Positions 12,511 to 21,999 of a DNA stretch of 24,654 nt are shown piece after piece. This stretch comes from Neoechinorhynchus agilis (Eukaryota; Animalia; Acanthocephala), in contig JBMGUZ010000040.1 in the NCBI GenBank assembly GCA_051530055.1, forward strand, positions 1 through 24,654, in the 5' to 3' direction. Under the pieces are notes generated by a model that saw only the letters and a list, made by a program, of their open reading frames with translations, was not told the origin of the DNA and did not search any database. The stretch's first letter is position 1. Each line of letters opens with the position of its first letter. The position numbers and the translations under genes were made by a program.

Positions 12511-14430
12511 GATGACGTCATCGCCATTTTTGATGACGTCATCGCCATGACGTCATCGTGATTTTTGATGACGTCATCGCCATGACGTCATCGTGATTTT
12601 TGATGACGTCATCGCCATTTTTGATGACGTCATCGCCATGACGTGATCGTGATTTTTGATGACGTCATGGCCATTTTTGATGACGTCATCGCCATGACGT
12701 CATCGTGATTTTTGATGACGTCATCGCCATTTTTGATGACGTCATCGCCATGACGTCATCGTGATTTTTGATGACGTCATCGCCATTTTTGATGACGTCA
12801 TCGCCATGACGTGATCGTGATTTTTGATGACGTCATGGCCATTTTTGATGACGTCATCGCCATGACGTGATCGTGATTTTTGATGACGTCATCGCCATTT
12901 TTGATGACGTCATCGCCATGACGTCATCGTGATTTTTGATGACGTCATCGCCATTTTTGATGACGTCATCGCCATGACGTCATCGTGATTTTTGATGACG
13001 TCATCGCCATTTTTGATGACGTCATCGCCATGACGTCATCGTGATTTTTGATGACGTCATCGCCATTTTTGATGACGTCATCGCCATGACGTCATCGTGA
13101 TTTTTGATGACGTCATCGCCATTTTTGATGACGTCATCGCCATGACGTCATCGTGATTTTTGATGACGTCATCGCCATTTTTGATGACGTCATCGCCATG
13201 ACGTCATCGTGATTTTTGATGACGTCATCGCCATGACGTCATCGCCATTTTGATGACGTCATCGCCATGACGTCATCGCGATTTTTGATGACGTCATCGC
13301 CATGACGTCATCGTGATTTTTGATGACGTCATCGCCATTTTTGATGACGTCATCGCCATGACGTCATCGTGATTTTTGATGACGTCATCGCCATGACGTC
13401 ATCGTGATTTTTGATGACGTCATCGCCATTTTTGATGACGTCATCGCCATGACGTCATCGTGATTTTTGATGACGTCATCGCCATTTTTGATGACGTCAT
13501 CGCCATGACGTCATCGTGATTTTTGATGACGTCATCGCCATTTTTGATGACGTCATCGCCATGACGTCATCGTGATTTTTGATGACGTCATCGCCATTTT
13601 TGATGACGTCATCGCCATGACGTCATCGTGATTTTTGATGACGTCATCGCCATTTTTGATGACGTCATCGCCATGACGTCATCGTGATTTTTGATGACGT
13701 CATCGCCATTTTTGATGACGTCATCGCCATGACGTCATCGTGATTTTTGATGACGTCATCGCCATTTTTGATGACGTCATCGCCATGACGTCATCGTGAT
13801 TTTTGATGACGTCATCGCCATTTTTGATGACGTCATCGCCATGACGTCATCGTGATTTTTGATGACGTCATCGCCATTTTTGATGACGTCATCGCCATGA
13901 CGTCATCGTGATTTTTGATGACGTCATCGCCATTTTTGATGACGTCATCGCCATGACGTCATCGTGATTTTTGATGACGTCATCGCCATTTTTGATGACG
14001 TCATCGCCATGACGTCATCGTGATTTTTGATGACGTCATCGCCATTTTTGATGACGTCATCGCCATGACGTCATCGTGATTTTTGATGACGTCATCGCCA
14101 TTTTTGATGACGTCATCGCCATGACGTCATCGTGATTTTTGATGACGTCATCGCCATATTTGATGACGTCATCGCCATTTTTGATGACGTCATCGCCATG
14201 ACGTCATCGTGATTTTTGATGACGTCATCGCCATTTTTGATGACGTCCCCAACATCGGATTTTGATGACGTCATCGCCATTTTTGATGACGTCATCGCCT
14301 GACGTCATCGCCATTTTTGATGACGTCATCGCCATGACGTCATCGTGATTTTTGATGACGTCATCGCCATTTTTGATGACGTCATCGCCATGACGTCATC
14401 GTGATTTTTGATGACGTCATCGCCATTTTT
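12511..14430 (+). repeat. Type-B block 2: 56-bp higher-order repeat
   Basis: GCC spacers from 12523 to 14424, with a near-perfect 56-bp period through about 12900-14140. Confidence 0.95.
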
Positions 14431-17400
14431 GATGACGTCATCGAGATTTTTGATGACGTCATCGAGATTTTGGATGACGTCATCGAAATTTTTGATGACG
14501 TCATCGAGATACGTCATCGAGATTTTTGATGACGTCATCGAGATTTTTGATGACGTCATCGAATTTTGATGACGTCATCGAGATTTTGGATGACGTCATC
14601 GAGATTTTTGATGACGTCATCGAGATTTTGGATGACGTCATCGAGATTTTTGATGACGTCATCGAGATTTTGGATGACGTCATCCAAATTTTTGATGACG
14701 TCATCAAGATTTTTATGACGTCATCGAGATTTTTGATGACGTCATCGAGAATTTGATGACGTCATCGAAATTTTTGATGACGTCATCGAGATTTCTGATG
14801 ACGTCATCGAAATTTTAAATGACGTCATCGGGATTTTTGATTACGTAATCCAAATTTTTGATGACGTCATCGAGATTTTTGATGACGTCATCGAGATTTT
14901 TTGATGACGTCATCGAGATTTTTGATGACGTCATCGAGATTTTTTTGATGACGTCATCTAGATTTTTGATGACGTCATCGAGATTTTTGATGACGTCATC
15001 GGGATTTTTGATGACATCATCGAGATTTTTGATGACCTCATCGAGATTTTTATGACGTCATCGAGATTTTTGATGACGTCATCGAGATTTTTGATGGCGT
15101 CATCGAGATTTTTGATGACGTCATCGAGATTTTTTTATGACGTCATCTAGATTTTTTATGACGTAATCGAGATTTTTGATAACGTCATCGAGATTTTTGA
15201 TGACGTCATCGAGATTTTTGGTGACGTCATCGAGATTTTTAATGACGTCATGGAAATTTTTGATGATGTCATCGAAATTTTTGATGACGTCATCGAGATT
15301 TTTATGACGTCATGGATATTTTTGATGACGTCATCGAAATTTTTGATGACGTAATCCCAATTTTTGATGACGTCATCGAGATTTTTTATGACATCATCGA
15401 AATTTTGGATGACGTCATCGAGATTTTCGATGACGTCATCGAGATTTTTGATGACGTAATCTATATTTTTTATGACGTCATCGAAATTTTTTGATGACGT
15501 CATCGAGATTTTTAATGACGCCATCGAAATTGTTTATGATGTCATCGAGATTTTTGATGACGTCATCATAATTTTTGATGTCGTCATCGAGATTTTTGAT
15601 GACGTCATCGAGATTTTTGATGACGTCATCGAGATTTTTGATGACGTCATCGAGATTTTTTTGATGACGTCATCTAGATTTTTTACTACGTCATCGAGAT
15701 TTTTGAGTACGTCATCGAAATTTTTGATGACGTCATCGAGATTTTTGATGACGTCATCGAGATTTTTATGACGTCATCGACATTTTTGATGACGTCATGG
15801 AAATTTTTGATGACGTCATCCCAATTTTTGATGACGTCATCGAGATTTTTGATGACATCATCGAAATTTTTGATGACGTCATCGAGATTTTTGATGACGT
15901 GATAGAAATTTTTGATGACGTCATCGAGATTTTTGATGACGTCATCAAAATATTTGATGACGTCATCGAAATTTTTGATGACGTCATCGAGATTTTTGAT
16001 GACGTCATCGAAATTTTTGACGACGTCATCAAGATTTGATGACGTCATCGAGATTTTTCATGACGTCATCGAAATTTTTGATGGCGTCATCGAGATTTTT
16101 GATTACGTCATCGAGATTTTTGATGACGTCATCTAGATTTTTGATGACGTCATCTAGATTTTTGATGACGTCATCGAGATTTTGGATGACGTCATCGAGA
16201 TTTTGGATGACGTCATCCAAATTTTTGATGACGTGATCAAGATTTTTGATGACGTCATCGAGATTTTTATGACGTCATCGAGATTTTTGATGACGTCATC
16301 GAGATTTTTGATGACATCATCGAGATTTTTGATGACGTCATCGAGATTTTTGATGACCTTATCGAGATTTTTGATGATGTCATCGAGATTTTTGATGGCG
16401 TCATCGAGATTTTTGATGACGTCATCGAGATTTTTGATGATGTCATCGAGATTTTTGATGGCGTCATCGAGATTTTTGGTGACGTCATCGAGATTTTTAA
16501 TGACGTCAATGAAATTTTTGATGACGTCATCGAGATTTTTGATGACGTCATCAAAATATTTGATGACGTCATCGAAATTTTTGATGACGTCATCGAGATT
16601 TTTGATGACGTCATCGAAATTTTTGACGACGTCATCGAAATTTTTGATGACGTCATCGAAATTTTTGACGACGTAATCGAGATTTTTGATGACGTCATCG
16701 AGATTTTTGATGACGTAATCTATATTTTTGATGACGTCATCGAAATTTTTTGATGACGTCATCGAGATTTTTTATGACGCCATCGAAATTTTTGATGATG
16801 TCATCGAGATTTTTGATGACGTCATCATAATTTTTGATGAAGTCATCGAGATTTTTGATGACGTCATCGGAATTTTTGATGACGTCATCCAAATTTTGAT
16901 GACGTCATCGAGATTTTTGATGACGTCATCGAGATTTTTGATGACGTCATCGAGATTTTTGAGGACGTCATCTAGATTTTTGATGACGTCATCAGAATTT
17001 TTGATGACGTGATGTAAATTTGTGATTACGTCATCGAGATTTTTGATGACGTCATGGAGATTTTGGATGACGTCATCGAGATTTTTGATGACGTCATCCA
17101 AATTTTTGATGACGTCATCAAGATTTGATGACGTTATCGAGATTTTTCATGACGTCATCGAAATTTTTGATGACGTCATCGAGATTTTTGATGACGTCAT
17201 CTAGATTTTTGATGACGTCATCGAGATTTTTGATGACGTCATCGAGATTTTTGATGACGTCATCGAGATTTTTGATGACGTCATCGAGATTTTGGAATAC
17301 GTCATCCAAATTTTTGATGACGTCATCAAGATTTTTGATGACGTCATCGAGATTTTTATGACGTCATCGAGATTTTTGATGACGTCATCGAGAATTTGAT

Positions 17401-20400
17401 TACGTCATCGATATTTTTGATGACGTCATCGCGATTTTTGATGACGTCATCGGGATTTTTGATTACGTAATCCAAATTTTTGATGACGTCATCGAGATTT
17501 TTGATGACGTCATCGAAATTTTTGATGACGTCATCGAGATTTTTTGATGACGTCATCGAGATTTTTGATGACGTTATCGAGATTTTTTTGATGACGTCAT
17601 CTAGATTTTTGATGACGTCATCGAGATTTTTGATGACATCATCGAGATTTTTGATGACGTCATCGAGATTTTTTATGACCTCATCGAGATTTTTGATGAC
17701 GTCAACGAGATTTCTGATGACGTCATCGAGATTTTTTTGATGACGTCATCTAGATTTTGATGACGTCATCGAGATTTTTGATGACGTCATCGGGATTTTT
17801 GAATACGTCATCAAGTTTTTTTTGATGACGTCATCTAGATTTTGATGACGTCATCGAGATTTTTTATGACGTCATCTAGATTTTGATGACGTCATCGAGA
17901 TTTTTGATGACGTCATCGAGATTTTTTTTGATGACGTCGTCTAGATTTTGATGACGTCATCGAGATTTTTGATGAAGTCATCGAGATTTTTTATGACGTC
18001 ATCAAGATTTTTGATGACGTCATCGAGATTTTTGATGACGTCATCGAGATTTTTTATGACGTCATGGAAATTTTTATGACGTCATCGAGATTTTTGATGA
18101 CGTGATCGAAATTTGTGATGACGTCATCGAAATTTTTGATGACGCCATCGAAATTTTTGATGACGGCATCGAGATTTTCTATGACGTCATGGAGATTTTA
18201 ATGACGTCATCGAAATTTTTGATGACGTCATCGAGATTTTTGATGACGCCATCGAAATTTTTGATGATGTCATCGAGATTTTTGGTGACGTCATCGAAAT
18301 TTTTGATGACGTCATCGAGATTTTTGATTACGTGATAGAAATTTTTGATGACGTCATCGAGATTTTTGATGACGTCATCAAAATATCTTATGACGTCATC
18401 GAAATTTTTGATGACGTCATCGAGATTTTTGATGACGTCATCGGGATTTTTGGTTACGTAATCCAAATTTTTGATTACGTCATCGAGATTTTTGATGACG
18501 TCATCGAGATTTTTGATGACGTCATCGAGATTTTTTTGATGACGTCATCTGGATTTTTGACTACGTCATCGAGATTTTTGAGTACGTCATCGAAATTTTT
18601 TATGACGTCATCGAGATTTTTAATACGTCATCGATATTTTTGATGACGTCATGGAAATTTTTGATGACGTCATCCCAATTTTTGATGAAGTCATCGAGAT
18701 TTTTGATGACATCATCGAAATTTTTGATGACGTCATCGAGATTTTTGATGACGTGATCGAAATTTCTGATGACGTCATCGAGATTTTTGATGACGTCATC
18801 CAAATTTTTTCTGACGTCATCAAGCTTTTTTTGACGTCATGGAAATTTTTATGACGTCATCGAGATTTTTGATGACGTCATCTAGATTTTTGATGACGTC
18901 ATCGGGATTTTTGATGACGTGATCGAAATTTGTGATGACGTCATCGAGATTTTTGATGACGTCATGGAGATTTTGGATGACGTCATCGAGATTTTTGATG
19001 ACGTCATCCAAATTTTTGATGACGTCATCAAGATTTGATGACGTCATCGAGATTTTTCATGACGTCATCGAAATTTTTGATGACGTCATCGAGATTTTTG
19101 ATGACGTCATCGAGATTTTATATGACGTCATCTAGATTTTTGATGACGTCATCGAGATTTTTGATGACGTCATCGAGATTTTTGATGACTTCATCGAGAT
19201 TTTTGATGACGTCATCGAGATTTTTGATGACGTCATCGAGATTTTTGATGACGTCATCGAGATTTTTGATGACGTCATCGAGATTTTTGATGACGTCATC
19301 TAGATTTTTGATGACGTCATCGAGATTTTTGATGACGTCATCGAGATTTTTGGTGACGTCATCGAGATTTTTAATGACGTCATGGAAATTTTTGATGACG
19401 TCATCGAAATTTTTGATGACGTCATCGAGATTTTTATGACGTCATGGATATTTTTGATGACGTCATCGAAATTTTTGATGACGTAATCCCAATTTTTGAT
19501 GACGTCATCGAGATTTTTTATGACATCATCGAAATTTTTGATGACGTCATCGAGATTTTTGATGACGTCATCGAGATTTTTGATGACGTAATCTATATTT
19601 TTGATGACGTTATCGAAATTTTTTGATGACGTCATCGAGATATTTGATGACGCCATCGAAATTTTTGATGATGTCATCGAGATTTTTGATGACGTCATCA
19701 TAATTTTTGATGACGTCATCGAGATTTTTGATGACGTCATCGGAATTTTTGATGACGTCATCCAAATTTTGATGACGTCATCGAGATTTTTGATGACGTC
19801 ATCGAGATTTTTTATGACATCATTTAAATTTTTGATGACGTCATCGGAATTTTTGATGACGTGATCGAAATTTGTGATGACGTGATCGAGATTTTTGATG
19901 ACGTCATGGAGATTTTGGATGACGTCATCGAGATTTTTGATGACGTCATCCAAATTTTTGATGACGTCATCAAGATTTGATGACGTCATCGAGATTTTTC
20001 ATGACGTCATCGAAATTTTTGATGGCGTCATCGAGATATTTGATTACGTCATCGAGATTTTTGATGACGTCATCGAGATTTTGGATGACGTCATCGAGAT
20101 TTTGGATGACGTCATCGAGATTTTTGATGACGTCATCGAGATTTTGGATGACGTCATCCAAATTTTTGATGACGTCATCAAGATTTTTGATGACGTCATC
20201 GAGATTTTTATGACGTCATCGAGATTTTTGATGACGTCATCGAGAATTTTATGACGTCATCGAAATTTTTTATGACGTCATCGCGATTTTTGATTACGTC
20301 ATCGGGATTTTTGATTACGTAATCCAAATTTTTGATGACGTCATCGAGATTTTTGATGACGTCATCGAAATTTTTGATGACGTCATCGAAATTTTTGATG

Positions 20401-21999
20401 ACGTCATCGAAATTTTTTTGATGACGTCATCTAGATTTTGATGACGTAATCTTGATTTTGATGACGTCATCTAGATTTTTGATGACGTCATCGGGATTTT
20501 TGAATACGTCATCAAGATTTTTTTGATGACGTCATCTAGATTTTGATGACGTCATCGAGATTTTTGATTACGTCATCGAGATTTTTTTTGATGACGTCGT
20601 CTAGATTTTGATTACGTCATCGAGATTTTTTTTGATGACGTCGTCTAGATTTTGATGACGTCATCGAGATTTTTTTGATGACGTCATCGAGATTTTTGAT
20701 GACGCCGTGGAAATTTTTATGACGTCATCTAGATTTTTGATGACGTCATCGAGATTTTTGGTGACGTCATCGAGATTTTTGATGACGTCGTCGAGATTTT
20801 GGATGACGTCATCCAAATTTTTTATGACGTCATCAAGATTTTTGATGACGTCATCGAGATTTTTGATGACGTCATCGAGATTTTTGATGACGTCATCGAG
20901 ATTTTTGATGACGTCATGGAGATTTTTGATGACGTCATCGAGATTTTTGATGACGTCATCCAAATTTTTTATGACGTCATGGAAATTTTTGTGACGTCAT
21001 CGAGATTTTTGATGACGTCATCTAGTTTTTTGATGACGTGATTGAAATTTGTTATGACGTCATCGAGATTTTTGATGACGTCAAGGAGATTTTGGATGAC
21101 GTCATCGAGATTTTTTATGACGTCATCGAAATTTTTGATGACGTCATCGAGATTTTTGATGACGCCATCGAAATTTTTGATGATGTCATCGAGATTTTTG
21201 ATGACGTCATCATAATTTTTGATGACGTAATCGAGATTTTTGATGACGTCATCGAAATTTTTGATTACGTCATCGAAATTTTTGATGACGTCAACGAAAT
21301 TTTTTATGACGTCACCGAAAATATTTATCACCGCATCGAAATTTTTTATGACGTCATCGCAACTTTTGGTCACGTCATCGAGATTTTTGATGACGTCATC
21401 GAGATTTTGGATGACGTCATCGAAACTTTTGATGACGTCATCGAAATTTTTGATGACGCTATCGAAATTTTTGATGACGGCATCGAGATTTTTGATGACG
21501 TCATGGAGATTTTTTATGACGTCATCGAAATTTTTGATGACGCCATCGAAATTTTTGATGATGTCATTGAGATTTTTGATGACGTCATCGAAATTTTTGG
21601 TGACGTCATCGAGATTTTTGATGACGTGATAGAAATTTTTGATGACGTCATCGAGATTTTTGATGACGTCATCGGGATTTTTGATTACGTAATCCAAATT
21701 TTTGATTACGTCATCGAGATTTTTGATGACGTCATCGAGATTTTTTATGACATCATCGAAATTTTTGATGACGTCATCGAGATTTTTGATAACGTCATCG
21801 AGATTTTTATGACGTAATCTATATTTTTGATGACGTCATCGAAATTTTTTGATGACGTCATCGAGATTTTTGATGACGTCATCGAAATTTTTGATTACGT
21901 AATATAACTTTTTGATTACGTCATCGAGATTTTTTATGACGTCATCGAGATTTTTGATGACGTCATCGAGATTTTTTTGATGACGTCATCGAGATTTTT
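14431..21999 (+). repeat. Type-A block 3 (about 7.6 kb), a mosaic of segments also found in type-A block 1
   Basis: GAG/GAA spacers. Shared markers with block 1, e.g. GTAATCTATATT at 15456, 16715, 19588 and 21814 versus 1102, 2169 and 5630. Confidence 0.95.
16946..18821 (+). repeat. Segmental duplication copy 2 (partner about 5840-7715)
   Basis: Same markers as copy 1 at +11,106. Looser homology extends to about 16230 and 19140. Confidence 0.9.

Larger units (their letters stand above)
7740..14430 (+). repeat. Two tandem copies of a composite unit of about 3.5 kb (type-A tail + type-B block)
   Basis: Marker offsets of 3487-3499 bp (TTTTGCATG 7829/11316, CACGCTATC 8112/11611, B-block starts 9022/12511). 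Confidence 0.8.

Noticed and set aside
21326-21334. TATCACCGC, matching a phage lambda operator half-site
   Set aside because: Single 9-mer in an eroded monomer, with no second half-site or phage context; coincidence.
159-21817. All supplied ORFs (MTSSRFL, DDVIEIF, MTSSKIS, DDVIKNL heptad repeats) as protein-coding genes
   Set aside because: A 21-bp unit is stop-free in two frames per strand. The ORFs overlap in up to four frames, switch frame at every T-tract indel, and largely vanish in the 56-bp blocks. There are no unique domains or start signals.
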